From Thermoplasmata archaeon (GTDB lineage: Archaea; Thermoplasmatota; Thermoplasmata; UBA10834), in NCBI GenBank assembly GCA_041548485.1, contig JBFESP010000001.1:72835-136834 (forward strand): 64,000 nt of DNA. The letters run 5' to 3'. Positions 46,104 through 55,829 of the stretch are shown here, piece after piece. The notes below the pieces were generated by a model. That model worked only from the letters and a program-made list of their open reading frames with translations. It did not search any database and had not been told where the DNA came from. The position numbers and the translations under genes are program-made. Within the stretch, counting starts at the first letter, position 1, and each line of letters starts with the position of its first letter.

Positions 46104-48002
46104 GTGCGGAATGCGGGTCGCTCAAGGGTCGCAGGCCTGGCCGTGCTGTCCCTCGCAGTGGCCTCATTAATGGTCTCCGGCGTGCAGGTGCAGCAGGGGG
46201 TGCTTGCCGGTCAGGCGGCATCCACATGGACCGTCATGGTGTACATGGCGGCCGATATAGAAGACCCTCTTCCGTGGGCGCAGGACATCAACGAGCTCGA
46301 GGCTGCCACCCACGTCGAAGGAGTTGATGTCTTGGTCCTAGTGGACCCGCCGGAACAAGGCGACTCCAGACTGCTGAAGATAGAGCACGATGACAACTAC
46401 TTCGACCCAATGATCGTGTCACCTGAGTTGGACGACGGAGGAGAGGTCGTGCCGGGCGGGGGCGAGGTCAACACGGGGTCGCCCTCGACGCTGAGGGACT
46501 TCGTTGTCTACTCTGCGACCCAGTACCCCGCTGACAACCTCGTCCTGGTCTTGTGGGGTCACGGCGGGATATGGAGAGGACTGTGCCCGGACGGGTACGA
46601 TCTTCTGACGCTCCCCGAGCTCCGCTCGGCGCTGTTCATGATCGGCGAGGCCCTTGACAGGAGTATCGACATGATCGTGCTTGACACCTGCAACGGCGCG
46701 ACCTTGGAGATCGCGTACGAGATCAGCGGGTATGCGGATATTCTCGTGGGGAGCGAGCTGCTCGTGCCTGCGGAGGGGCTCCCGTACATGGACATCGTCA
46801 ACGACCTGACATCAGACACATCGCAGTCGGTCGAGGTGTTCGCAGGGGCCGTCGTGGACAGCTACGTCGACTGGGCGCTATATGGTTCCTCGTGCTCCAC
46901 GTCGATGGGCGCCTTCGATCTCGGTCAGATAGACGACCTCGTCGACAGTCTGGACAGACTCTCGGTCCTGGGCTTCGGATACGACCGGCTCTATCACGAC
47001 CTGACATCCTCGGCGATGTTATCCTCCGAGCGCACAGAGGAGCCATGGTACCTCGATGTGGCAGCCATCGCCGAGGGGGTGTGCGGGCGTAACCTTCCTG
47101 CGGAGGTCAAACACGCCGCGCTGCTGGTCACCCAATCACATCAATCAGCTGTCCTGCGTCACGAAACGGTCGACCCGGGCGGCACGAGTGACGGCGCGTA
47201 TACCTCGCTCGGCCTTGGAGTGTACGTCCCGGCGGACACGGTTTCCGACGAGGCCTACTCTGAACTCCGGATAGCCGGGACCTCGTGGGACGAGTTCTCG
47301 GCCGCACTGCGGGGAGACAGGGAGACCGTTCCATCGGGGCCAGGACCGGTCACTGAGGTGGACGATTCGGCCGCAGACGGTGACCTGCTTCCGGATGTTC
47401 TCACCGTGACCTGGAGTCCCGACCAATCGTGGAACTACTCGTCGTACGCAGTCTATGTGTTCCAGATGTGGTCACATGGTCTTGTCATCTGTTCTGAGAC
47501 CCACTCCGTGACACCCATAGTGAGGGTTGCAGGCGTCGTCGGCAACCTGCTCATCTCGGCATCAGCTTTCATCGGGGACGAGGTCCATTCCCACCATGTC
47601 CTGAACGCCACCCTCTCGAAGCTCATAGGTATAGAGATTACTGTCAGAGACGGGAGCCTAGTGCCAGGAGAGCAGCTCGAAGTGGTAACATATCACGAAG
47701 GCGAGGAATCCCACAGCGTTCCCTGCCTGAACGGTTCGTGCATCGTCTATCTGGTGGTGCCTGAACAGGGCGACGTGGGTGAAATCATCAGGGTCGAGGT
47801 CGTCGACGCGGACAGTGGAGAAGTCCTCTCGGAGCGACTGGTCATGATAACAGGGGACGACATCGTACTCACCATGTCCATCCACGAGCCAACATCCGAC
47901 GGTATCGGAACGGTGCTGGCGGTGGCCATGATCGCATCACTAACATTGCTCGGCCTCGCTTTCGTGATATACGCGAACTTCCTGAGGCGAAGGAAGCGAT
48001 AG
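46104..48002 (+). CDS. Secreted, membrane-anchored clostripain-like cysteine peptidase (family C11)
   Basis: 632 aa. Signal peptide; C11 motifs VMVYMAADIED, LVLWGHGG (catalytic His), VLDTCNGA (catalytic Cys). C-terminal TM helix plus RRRKR. Confidence 0.7.
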   Translation: MRNAGRSRVAGLAVLSLAVASLMVSGVQVQQGVLAGQAASTWTVMVYMAADIEDPLPWAQDINELEAATHVEGVDVLVLVDPPEQGDSRLLKIEHDDNYFDPMIVSPELDDGGEVVPGGGEVNTGSPSTLRDFVVYSATQYPADNLVLVLWGHGGIWRGLCPDGYDLLTLPELRSALFMIGEALDRSIDMIVLDTCNGATLEIAYEISGYADILVGSELLVPAEGLPYMDIVNDLTSDTSQSVEVFAGAVVDSYVDWALYGSSCSTSMGAFDLGQIDDLVDSLDRLSVLGFGYDRLYHDLTSSAMLSSERTEEPWYLDVAAIAEGVCGRNLPAEVKHAALLVTQSHQSAVLRHETVDPGGTSDGAYTSLGLGVYVPADTVSDEAYSELRIAGTSWDEFSAALRGDRETVPSGPGPVTEVDDSAADGDLLPDVLTVTWSPDQSWNYSSYAVYVFQMWSHGLVICSETHSVTPIVRVAGVVGNLLISASAFIGDEVHSHHVLNATLSKLIGIEITVRDGSLVPGEQLEVVTYHEGEESHSVPCLNGSCIVYLVVPEQGDVGEIIRVEVVDADSGEVLSERLVMITGDDIVLTMSIHEPTSDGIGTVLAVAMIASLTLLGLAFVIYANFLRRRKR

Positions 48003-48003
48003 C

Positions 48004-48663
48004 TCAGAACCTCTTCTTGAACAGGAACTTCAGATTGCCAAGACCGTCCCGCCAGCTGTTCAGCTTGACCTCGCCTATCCGCACCCTGTAGGTTATGGGG
48101 ACCTCCTTCGCCTTCACCTTCCTGAACGCCTCGATCTTGATCTCCTCTGACATCGCCATTCCGAGGCTCTCCAGCTCGACCACGTCCAGGACGGACCTTC
48201 TGAATACCCACATCCCGCTTTGGGAGTCCTTGACCTTCACCCGGAAGAGCAGCCGCGCGGCGGCCGACAGGACCCAGTTGCCTACCTTGTGTTTCGTCCT
48301 CATCGCTCCCTTCTGCATCCTGGCGAACCGGTTGGTCGTGATGAAATCCAACCCTTCAACGTCAAGCATGTCAACGAGGCCAGGTAGATCGGTCGCTGGG
48401 TAGGTCATGTCGGCGTCCAGCGTCGCTATGAAATCGCCCTTGGCGTTCTCGAAACCCGTCCTATACGCCCGGCCATAGCCGCGCCTCGGCTCATCGAGGA
48501 CGACCGCGCCGAGCGATGCCGCTATCTCCCTGGTTCTATCCACCGAGTCCGTGTCCACGACCAGGATCTCAGCCTCACGTTTTCCGGCGAACGCGTCCCT
48601 GACCTCTTTGATCACGAGACCCACGCTCTTCTCTTCGTTCATCGTTGGGATTATCACCGACAC
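48004..48663 (-). CDS. Glycosyltransferase family 2 (Dpm1-like), GTG start
   Basis: About 219 aa from the GTG at 48663 (SVIIPTMNEE...), with a DxD-type motif LDADM. The longer ORF start overlaps the upstream GT2 gene and is R-rich. Confidence 0.7.
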   Translation of the reverse strand: MSVIIPTMNEEKSVGLVIKEVRDAFAGKREAEILVVDTDSVDRTREIAASLGAVVLDEPRRGYGRAYRTGFENAKGDFIATLDADMTYPATDLPGLVDMLDVEGLDFITTNRFARMQKGAMRTKHKVGNWVLSAAARLLFRVKVKDSQSGMWVFRRSVLDVVELESLGMAMSEEIKIEAFRKVKAKEVPITYRVRIGEVKLNSWRDGLGNLKFLFKKRF

Positions 48664-48682
48664 CGTCGATTCTGACAACGCA

Positions 48683-49528
48683 TCATCTCCCAGGGAACAG
48701 AAGGCTCGACCTCCCGGTCCTGGAGCGCCTCCGTTTCGATTTGTCGCCGCCCTCCGGAGGCGTCTCAAACAGCTTGCACATGAAGTAACCCAGCACTGCG
48801 ACCGCGAGCCTAGACACCGCCCAGATGGACTTCGATGTCTCAATCAATCGGGTAGGCTTGTATGACGACCAGAGATAGCCGTGCTTCATAGTCAGCTGCT
48901 TCCTCCCCCAGCCGTTCCAGAAGGCCTGCTTGAAGAACCCCTTGAAACTACCTTTCGTCCGATGGTACACGATGGCGTTCTCGTTCACTCCAAGAGAATA
49001 CCCCATAGAGACCGCTCGTAGGTTGATGTCGATGTCCTCCGCCGTGACGAACCATGGGTCGAAGCCCTCGACAGCATCCAGAACCTCCTTCTTCCAGGCC
49101 ATGCTCGCGCTGGGATGGGACAGGTCCATCCCGCGGTGAAACAGCTCAACGCGCTCTAGGTCCTCGAACGCGTGATATCCAATATTGATGGTCTTTCCAG
49201 CGACGATGTCGTGTTCCCCTAGGGACTTCCGCAACTCGCTCACCCAGAATGGATTCGCGATGCAGTCGCCTCCGATTGTCGCGACAGCATCTCCCGTAGT
49301 CTGAGATATTCCAAAATTGGTGCTTTCGCCCCTCGTACCGGGATGCCGGTGGAGCCATATGCAGGGGTGCTTCTCGGCATAGGCCTTCACGGTCTCCACG
49401 GTGCCGTCGTAGCTTCCTGCATCTACGACGACGATCTCGACGGGGCCCTCCTGGACCATCAGGCTGTCGAGAAGGTCTCTGATATGCCTCTTCTCGTTCA
49501 AGAGGTTGAGCACAACGCTTATCTTCAT
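48683..49528 (-). CDS. Glycosyltransferase family 2
   Basis: 281 aa. MKISVVLNLLNE..., VVVDAGSYDGT, and a DxD-type motif AEDID. Confidence 0.7.
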   Translation of the reverse strand: MKISVVLNLLNEKRHIRDLLDSLMVQEGPVEIVVVDAGSYDGTVETVKAYAEKHPCIWLHRHPGTRGESTNFGISQTTGDAVATIGGDCIANPFWVSELRKSLGEHDIVAGKTINIGYHAFEDLERVELFHRGMDLSHPSASMAWKKEVLDAVEGFDPWFVTAEDIDINLRAVSMGYSLGVNENAIVYHRTKGSFKGFFKQAFWNGWGRKQLTMKHGYLWSSYKPTRLIETSKSIWAVSRLAVAVLGYFMCKLFETPPEGGDKSKRRRSRTGRSSLLFPGR

Positions 49529-49592
49529 GACGTCTCGAAGCCAACCGAACAGGTTCGACCCCTTAATATTATTTGCAGTGACTCAAAGCGAA

Positions 49593-50915
49593 TCAAGGTT
49601 CACTAGCCAGCCTATATCCGATGCCGTAGTAACGGGCTCCTGCCTTCTCGACCTCTGCGGGAACCAAGAACCTTCTGCCGTCGACGACGACCGGATTCCT
49701 CATCCTGGAGAACTCCTTCCTGCCTAGCCGTTTGAACTCCGGCCAATCCGCCTGGATGACGCACGCGTCAGCCCCGTCCAAAGCCTCCTCCGCTGACGAG
49801 GCGTACATTATGGTCGGCATGAGATCGATGAAGTTGGATGTCGCCATCGGATCATACGCGACGACCTCGGCCCCGCTGGCCAAGAGGCCTGCGATCAGAG
49901 GGATGGCCCTCGTCTCGCGGACGTCGTCCACGTTTCCCTTGAACGAGAGCCCGAGCACCGCGATTCTCTTTCTCTCCAGGGCTCCAAGCACCTCCTTGAG
50001 GATGAACGACGCTTCGAAAGGCTGCTCGTCGTTCACAGCCAGGACCGCGCTCAGGAGACGACCTGGATACCGCAGGCTCCTGGCCATCTGCCTCAGAGCC
50101 TTCACATCTTTCGGCAGGCAGCTGCCTCCGAACCCCAGGCCAGGTCTGAGAAAGAGTGGGCCAATCCTCGGATCCTTCCCTGCAGCATTGAGCACCACGT
50201 CGGAGTCGATTCCCAGTCGATAGCAGATATTGGCCATCTCGTTGGCGTAGCTTATCTTCGTCGCGAGGAAGACGTTCGATGCGTACTTGATCATCTCCGC
50301 CGTGCGGAGATCGGTCCGTATCTTATCGGAGCTGATAGGGGAGTAGATCTTCATGAGCGCATCGCCACAACGCTTGTCAATCGCGCCGATGACGATTCTC
50401 GTTGGTTCCATACTGTCCTTCAGAGCGCTTCCTTCCTGGAGGAACTCGGGGTTCATGCACAGCCCGAAATCGCGGCCTGCGGTCTTCCTGGACCCCGCCT
50501 CCAACGCCTCCCTCACAACGGTGTCGGTGGTCGAAGGCACCACAGTGCTCTTCACCACGACCACTTTGTAGTCTTCTGACTTCCGGAGGACCTTCGCGAC
50601 GCTCCTGCTCGCCGCCTTCAACGCGCGCATGTCTATGCGCCCCGAGGAGAGGGAGGGAGTCTGGACACAGATGAAGATGAACGCTGACTCACGCGCGGAA
50701 CCAAGGACATCCTTAGAGGCCTTCAGCACCCCCCTCTTGACCAGCATCGACAGCTCCTTCTCGAGAGGAGGTTCATAGAATGGGGACTCCCCAGAATTCA
50801 CGGCTCTGACACGTCGTTCGTCGACGTCTGCGCAGACGACCTCGTGCCCGAGCTTGCCAAACATGACGGCCGTTGCCAACCCGACATATCCAGCTCCTAT
50901 CACACATACGCGCAT
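49593..50915 (-). CDS. Nucleotide-sugar 6-dehydrogenase (UDP-glucose/UDP-GlcNAc 6-dehydrogenase, WbpA/WecC-like)
   Basis: 440 aa. NAD-binding VCVIGAGYVGL, catalytic Cys region GFGGSCLPKD. Confidence 0.85.
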   Translation of the reverse strand: MRVCVIGAGYVGLATAVMFGKLGHEVVCADVDERRVRAVNSGESPFYEPPLEKELSMLVKRGVLKASKDVLGSARESAFIFICVQTPSLSSGRIDMRALKAASRSVAKVLRKSEDYKVVVVKSTVVPSTTDTVVREALEAGSRKTAGRDFGLCMNPEFLQEGSALKDSMEPTRIVIGAIDKRCGDALMKIYSPISSDKIRTDLRTAEMIKYASNVFLATKISYANEMANICYRLGIDSDVVLNAAGKDPRIGPLFLRPGLGFGGSCLPKDVKALRQMARSLRYPGRLLSAVLAVNDEQPFEASFILKEVLGALERKRIAVLGLSFKGNVDDVRETRAIPLIAGLLASGAEVVAYDPMATSNFIDLMPTIMYASSAEEALDGADACVIQADWPEFKRLGRKEFSRMRNPVVVDGRRFLVPAEVEKAGARYYGIGYRLASEP

Positions 50916-51007
50916 GTCTGCTCGTACCCCATCTTGCGATTATAAACTTTTCATGCCTGGCGGATCTCGGCAAAGGATTATATTGCCACTGATTGTTCAT
51001 TTGCGGT

Positions 51008-51862
51008 ATGAAGGTGGTCATTCCCGCTGCAGGGCTGGGCACAAGGTTCCTACCAGCCACCAAGGCTCAGCCAAAGGAGATGCTGCCCGTCGTGGACAAG
51101 CCGACAATCCAGTATGTGGTTGAGGAGGCGGTCGAGTCGGGAATCACCGATATCGTCATCATCACAGGAAGGGGGAAGCGGGCGATAGAGGATCACTTCG
51201 ACAAGTCATACGAGCTGGAGCATAGGTTGACCGCATCCGGGAACGACGAAGGACTCGAAGAGATACGGAAGATCGCTTCGATGGCGGACATATTCTACAT
51301 ACGCCAGAAGGAGCAGTTGGGTCTGGGACATGCCATCCTATGCGCGAAGAAGCACGTCGGGCGGGAGCCGTTTGCCGTCATGCTCGGCGATGATATCGTG
51401 GTCAACGAGAAACCATGCATGGCCCAGCTTCTGCGAGTGCATTCGGAGAAGGATGCGTCCGTGGTAGGAGTGCAGGCCGTCCCGAAGGCGCAGACGGCGA
51501 AGTACGGGGTAATCGACGCACAGGAGGAGTCGGAAGGAGTCTATCGGGTCACTGACCTGGTCGAGAAACCCTCGCCTGAGGACGCACCGTCTGACCTCGC
51601 AGTGATAGGGAGATACGTGTTCGAGCCGCATATATTCGATTATCTCGAGAGGATCGGGCCTGGCAAGAACGGGGAGATACAACTCACGGACGCGATGAAG
51701 ATGCTGTGTAGGGAGCGTAGTCTGTACGGCCTCAGATTCAGCGGACGGAGGTTCGACGTCGGAAGCAAGGTCGACTGGATCAGAGCCACCGTCGAGCTGG
51801 GCCTCGAGAGACCCGACCTCAGCGGGGAGTTGAGGCCTGCGCTCAAGAGGCTCCTCGAATGA
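51008..51862 (+). CDS. galU: UTP-glucose-1-phosphate uridylyltransferase
   Basis: MKVVIPAAGLGTRFLPATKAQPKEMLPVVDKP is the GalU signature. Confidence 0.85.
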   Translation: MKVVIPAAGLGTRFLPATKAQPKEMLPVVDKPTIQYVVEEAVESGITDIVIITGRGKRAIEDHFDKSYELEHRLTASGNDEGLEEIRKIASMADIFYIRQKEQLGLGHAILCAKKHVGREPFAVMLGDDIVVNEKPCMAQLLRVHSEKDASVVGVQAVPKAQTAKYGVIDAQEESEGVYRVTDLVEKPSPEDAPSDLAVIGRYVFEPHIFDYLERIGPGKNGEIQLTDAMKMLCRERSLYGLRFSGRRFDVGSKVDWIRATVELGLERPDLSGELRPALKRLLE

Positions 51863-51912
51863 GCCGGCCAGCGACCCCTGGGCACGGCAGATACCGTTGT
51901 TTTCGGCTCCGC

Positions 51913-51924
51913 AATATATTATAG
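51913..51924 (+). promoter_or_regulatory. TATA-like box AATATATTATAG upstream of the acetyltransferase gene
   Basis: An AT-rich element about 40 nt upstream of ATG 51960, preceded by the T-rich TTGTTTTCGG after galU. Confidence 0.3.
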
Positions 51925-51959
51925 CTACGGATGGCTTCTGCCAAGTACCGGTGCATGGG

Positions 51960-52424
51960 ATGAAGATCCTTGCGAAACACTACAGCATCGAGGATTGCGA
52001 GATCGGGGAGGACACGGTAGTCCGCGATTTCGTGAACTTGTACGGATGCAAGATAGGGAGAGGCTGCAAGATAGCGGCATACGTCGAGGTCCAACGTGGG
52101 GTGACCGTCGGAGACAGATGCAAGATCGAGGCTTTCGCGTTCATACCGTCTGGTGTGACTGTCGAGGATGAGGTCTTCGTGGGCCCGCACGCATGCTTCA
52201 CGAACGATCTGATGCCCAAGGCGGTCGGCGATTGGGACGTAACACCCACTGTCGTTCGTCGAGGCGCTTCCATAGGGGCCAACGCGACCATCGTCTGCGG
52301 CGTCACGGTCGGCGAACACGCCATGGTCGCTGCCGGGGCGGTTGTCACGAAGGACGTTCCGCCCGGGGCGATAGTGGCGGGAAACCCTGCGAGAGTCATA
52401 GGAACCAGAGGGAGCGGCGACTGA
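51960..52424 (+). CDS. Hexapeptide-repeat sugar N-acetyltransferase (WbpD/PglD-like)
   Basis: 154 aa from ATG 51960, with left-handed beta-helix repeats (GANATIVCGVTVGEHAMVAAGAVV). Confidence 0.75.
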   Translation: MKILAKHYSIEDCEIGEDTVVRDFVNLYGCKIGRGCKIAAYVEVQRGVTVGDRCKIEAFAFIPSGVTVEDEVFVGPHACFTNDLMPKAVGDWDVTPTVVRRGASIGANATIVCGVTVGEHAMVAAGAVVTKDVPPGAIVAGNPARVIGTRGSGD

Positions 52425-52446
52425 AGCCGCGCACGGAGGAAATGAA

Positions 52447-53544
52447 ATGAAGGTACCGTTGGCCCAGCCGATAATGACGGAGGACATGGTTGAAGCCGCA
52501 GCGAATGCACTGAGGAACGAACGCTTGACCATGGGGGACAGCATGGTCAAGTTCGAGGAGGATTTCGCGCGCATGTGCGGGGTCGAACACGCCGTCTCCG
52601 TCAGCTCCGGAACGGCTGCCATCCAGCTCTCCCTCCTGGCGGCGGGCGTGAGAGCGAAGGATGTCGTTCTGACATCCTCGATGTCCTTCGTGGCAACAAC
52701 CAACGCCTACGTGGCATTCGGAGGGATTCCAGCTTTCACAGACGTCATCGAGAACGAGTACACGATGGACCCCACGGAGATCGTACTCGGACCTGAGGTC
52801 AAGGCAATCATGCCTGTCCACCTGTATGGCCATCCCTCCAGGATGGATGAGATCAACGACTTGGCGAAGGACAGGAGTGTGGTCGTCGTGGAGGACGCGT
52901 GCCAGGCCCACGGAGCGATGTACAAAGGGCGGAGAACCGGGGCCCTAGGAGACATCGGATGCTTCTCGTTCTATCCGACCAAGAACATGCACGTCGGAGG
53001 AGACGGCGGCATGGTGACCACGAATGACGCCGACATCGCAGACATGGTCAGGAAGCTGAGGCATTGTGGAAGGAAGACGCAGTACGAACACGACGTCATT
53101 GGCTATACTGCGAGGTTGAACAGCGCGAACGCGGCTGTGGGGGTCGAGCAGCTCAAGATGCTAGAGACCTGGAATGAGAAGAGGCGGTCGGTGGCTACGA
53201 GGTACCACGAGCAGCTCAAGGGCATCGACGGATTGCATCTGCCGCCACAGCCGACCGCGGAGGTCGTTCCGGTCTACCACCTGTACACGGTACGGACAAC
53301 CAAGAGGGACGAGCTCAGGAAACATCTCGACGGCGCAGGCATCCAGACGGGAGTCCACTACGAGATACCGATCCATCTTCAGCCCATCTACAGAGAGCTG
53401 TACGGGTTCAAGGAGGGGATGCTCCCGGTGACGGAGCGACTCTGCAAGGAGGTCGTGACGTTGCCGATGTTCCCGGGCATGACAGGGGAGCAGGTGAACT
53501 ACGTGTGCGATAACGTCAAGGAGTTCTGCGGTCAGGTTGGTTGA
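52447..53544 (+). CDS. DegT/DnrJ/EryC1-family PLP-dependent sugar aminotransferase (WbpE-like)
   Basis: 365 aa; the PLP-lysine context FSFYPTKN. Confidence 0.85.
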   Translation: MKVPLAQPIMTEDMVEAAANALRNERLTMGDSMVKFEEDFARMCGVEHAVSVSSGTAAIQLSLLAAGVRAKDVVLTSSMSFVATTNAYVAFGGIPAFTDVIENEYTMDPTEIVLGPEVKAIMPVHLYGHPSRMDEINDLAKDRSVVVVEDACQAHGAMYKGRRTGALGDIGCFSFYPTKNMHVGGDGGMVTTNDADIADMVRKLRHCGRKTQYEHDVIGYTARLNSANAAVGVEQLKMLETWNEKRRSVATRYHEQLKGIDGLHLPPQPTAEVVPVYHLYTVRTTKRDELRKHLDGAGIQTGVHYEIPIHLQPIYRELYGFKEGMLPVTERLCKEVVTLPMFPGMTGEQVNYVCDNVKEFCGQVG

Positions 53545-54493
53545 TATGGGGAAGATCAAAGTCGGTGTTATCGGGATCGGACACTGGGGAAGGAAGATCG
53601 TCGACGAGTACACGAAGATAGACGATGTCGACCTGGTAGGGATCTCCGACCTGGACAAGAAGAATATCGAGTTCTGTGCTGAGAGATACGGCGTGAAAGA
53701 CGGATACAGTGACTACAGGGATCTGCTCGACCAGGAGGGGTTGGACGCGGTCAACGTGTGCACGCCGAACTCGGCCCACTATGAGATCTGCAGGGAGGCC
53801 CTCGAGAGGGGGAAGCATGTCCTGGTCGAGAAACCGATCACCATGACATCCGCCGAGGGCTGGGACCTTGTGAACATGGCTCAGGAAAAGGAACTGACGC
53901 TGTCGGTGGGCCACATCTTCAGATTCAACAGCGCGCTCGCTGAGATTCGGAGGCTCATTGGCGAGAGGTTCTTCGGGAAGTTATTCCTGATGGAGATGAC
54001 CTGGACCAACCTGGAGAAACCGTGGCCAGACCGGGACGTGCTCATGGACCTTGCACCACACATGTTCGACATCCAGAACTACCTGCTCGGCGAGTGGCCC
54101 GTCGAGATCTCGTGTTCGGGGAGGCCGTCTAGGAGGGAGTCGGGCGAGGAGACCGCGTACGTCGTGTCCGCGTTCAGAGACGGCCCGATGGCGATGGCGA
54201 ACATCAGCTGGCTCGTGCCGCGGAAGACCAGACAGGTAATGCTCGTCGGCGAGATCCGTTCTGCGATGATAGACGCTGTCGCGCAGGAGGTCACGGTGTA
54301 TGAGGGCGGATACACCTACAAGCTCGGGATCGAGCGCAACAACACCATCCGTGACGAGCTGGCCCACTTCGTCAAGTCGATCGGAGATCCCGGGACGGAC
54401 ACGAAGATCAGCGGCACAATCGGCGTACGCACCGTGGAACTCATAGAGGCGGCGAAGCGCTCCATCGTCGAGAAGAAGGCCGTGCCCGTCTAG
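53537..54493 (+). CDS. Gfo/Idh/MocA-family NAD-dependent sugar oxidoreductase (WbpB-like)
   Basis: 318 aa. N-terminal Rossmann KVGVIGIGHWG and the EKP motif of the family (LVEKPIT). Confidence 0.8.
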   Translation: MVDMGKIKVGVIGIGHWGRKIVDEYTKIDDVDLVGISDLDKKNIEFCAERYGVKDGYSDYRDLLDQEGLDAVNVCTPNSAHYEICREALERGKHVLVEKPITMTSAEGWDLVNMAQEKELTLSVGHIFRFNSALAEIRRLIGERFFGKLFLMEMTWTNLEKPWPDRDVLMDLAPHMFDIQNYLLGEWPVEISCSGRPSRRESGEETAYVVSAFRDGPMAMANISWLVPRKTRQVMLVGEIRSAMIDAVAQEVTVYEGGYTYKLGIERNNTIRDELAHFVKSIGDPGTDTKISGTIGVRTVELIEAAKRSIVEKKAVPV

Positions 54494-54544
54494 AGGCCAT
54501 CGCTCGCATGCAGATTTATAGTCGCTCGGTGAATTCACCAGGCG

Positions 54545-55678
54545 ATGGCTTCGACCCTGATGCTGCTCTCGAATCCGTACCGTCCGGACCCCCGCGTGCT
54601 CAGGGAAGCGCGGGCACTGGTTGAGGCGGGCATCGATGTTCACCTGATCGCATGGGACAGGGAGAGTGATCTGGCGTCGTCGACGATCGAGGAGGGTGTG
54701 AGGGTGACCAGGCTCGGGCCTGCGGCGTCGTACCGGTCATTCTCGCAGGTGGGTCCGGGGCTCATACGATTCTGGTTCAGGGCCCTACGCGCAGCAGGGA
54801 AGGTCGAGTTCGACCTCGTCCATTGTCACGACTTCGACACACTCCCGCTGGGAATGCTCATCGCCAGGTTACACAGGAAGCCGTTGATACTGGATGCACA
54901 TGACATATACTCGTTCATGGTCGTAGGTGAGTCCGCACCGGTGGGAAGGCTGCTCTGGCCAGTCGAGAGATGGATGGCATCAAAGGCAGACGAACTCATC
55001 ACCACCAACGAGGTGATGGCTGAGATGCTCTCTGCGAAGAGGGGCAAGGATGCGGTCATCGTAAGGAACAGCCCCGACCTATCGGTTCTTGTCGGGCACA
55101 AGCCAGAGGAGACCCGCGCGAAACACGGTCTCGACGGTTTCGTCGTGTCATACTTCGGATCGCTCGAACCCGGAAGGGCCGTCGTGGAGTTGGCTACTTC
55201 CTTCTCACCCAACGAGGGCATCACAATCATGATAGGAGGGAGCGGGACTCTGCAACCGACCGTCGAAAGGGCTAGCAGGGACAACCCTGCTGTGCGCTTC
55301 GCCGGGACCATCGACACGGACGAAGTGCTTAGAATCACCGGCGCCAGCAGTATCATCCCAGCCATGTACGACCCGTCGAACCCGAAGTACAGGATATGCA
55401 CGCCGATCAAGGTCCTCGAAGCGATGGCGTGCGGGAAGGCGATGATCACGGCGAAAGGGCTGGACATCTCCGAGACGGTTGAGGGCATTGGATGCGGCTT
55501 CGTCATAGAATACGGCCGGGAGGAGTTCGTCCGGACGATTCGGGAGGCGTCTAAGTCTGGGGCGAAGCTCCAGGAAATGGGAAGAAGAGGAAGGAAGTAC
55601 TTCGAGCAGCATCTCTCATGGAGTTCGTCGAAGACCGCGCTCATCGGTGTGTATAGGGCCCTCCTGGGCCCTACCTGA
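54545..55678 (+). CDS. Glycosyltransferase family 4
   Basis: 377 aa; GT-B fold with a conserved E-x7-E-type C-terminal region. Confidence 0.75.
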   Translation: MASTLMLLSNPYRPDPRVLREARALVEAGIDVHLIAWDRESDLASSTIEEGVRVTRLGPAASYRSFSQVGPGLIRFWFRALRAAGKVEFDLVHCHDFDTLPLGMLIARLHRKPLILDAHDIYSFMVVGESAPVGRLLWPVERWMASKADELITTNEVMAEMLSAKRGKDAVIVRNSPDLSVLVGHKPEETRAKHGLDGFVVSYFGSLEPGRAVVELATSFSPNEGITIMIGGSGTLQPTVERASRDNPAVRFAGTIDTDEVLRITGASSIIPAMYDPSNPKYRICTPIKVLEAMACGKAMITAKGLDISETVEGIGCGFVIEYGREEFVRTIREASKSGAKLQEMGRRGRKYFEQHLSWSSSKTALIGVYRALLGPT

Positions 55679-55728
55679 CGACTGCTGGCGAGAAGTATTA
55701 TATACTCTCCAGGTCATTTTTACTAGGT

Positions 55729-55747
55729 GTCCGACATCTGTCGGACT
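55729..55747 (+). terminator. Perfect 8-bp hairpin GTCCGACA-TCT-TGTCGGAC preceded by TTTTT, between the GT4 gene and smc
   Basis: Read directly from the sequence. It sits downstream of the TATA-like AGTATTATATAC at 55694-55705. Confidence 0.3.
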
Positions 55748-55829
55748 CACGGGATGGGATGCAGAGAACAGCGTGCTGTAGGCTCTAGGATCACGGCTAG
55801 TTTTCTCGTCCCCAACGGGGTCGGTTGCG

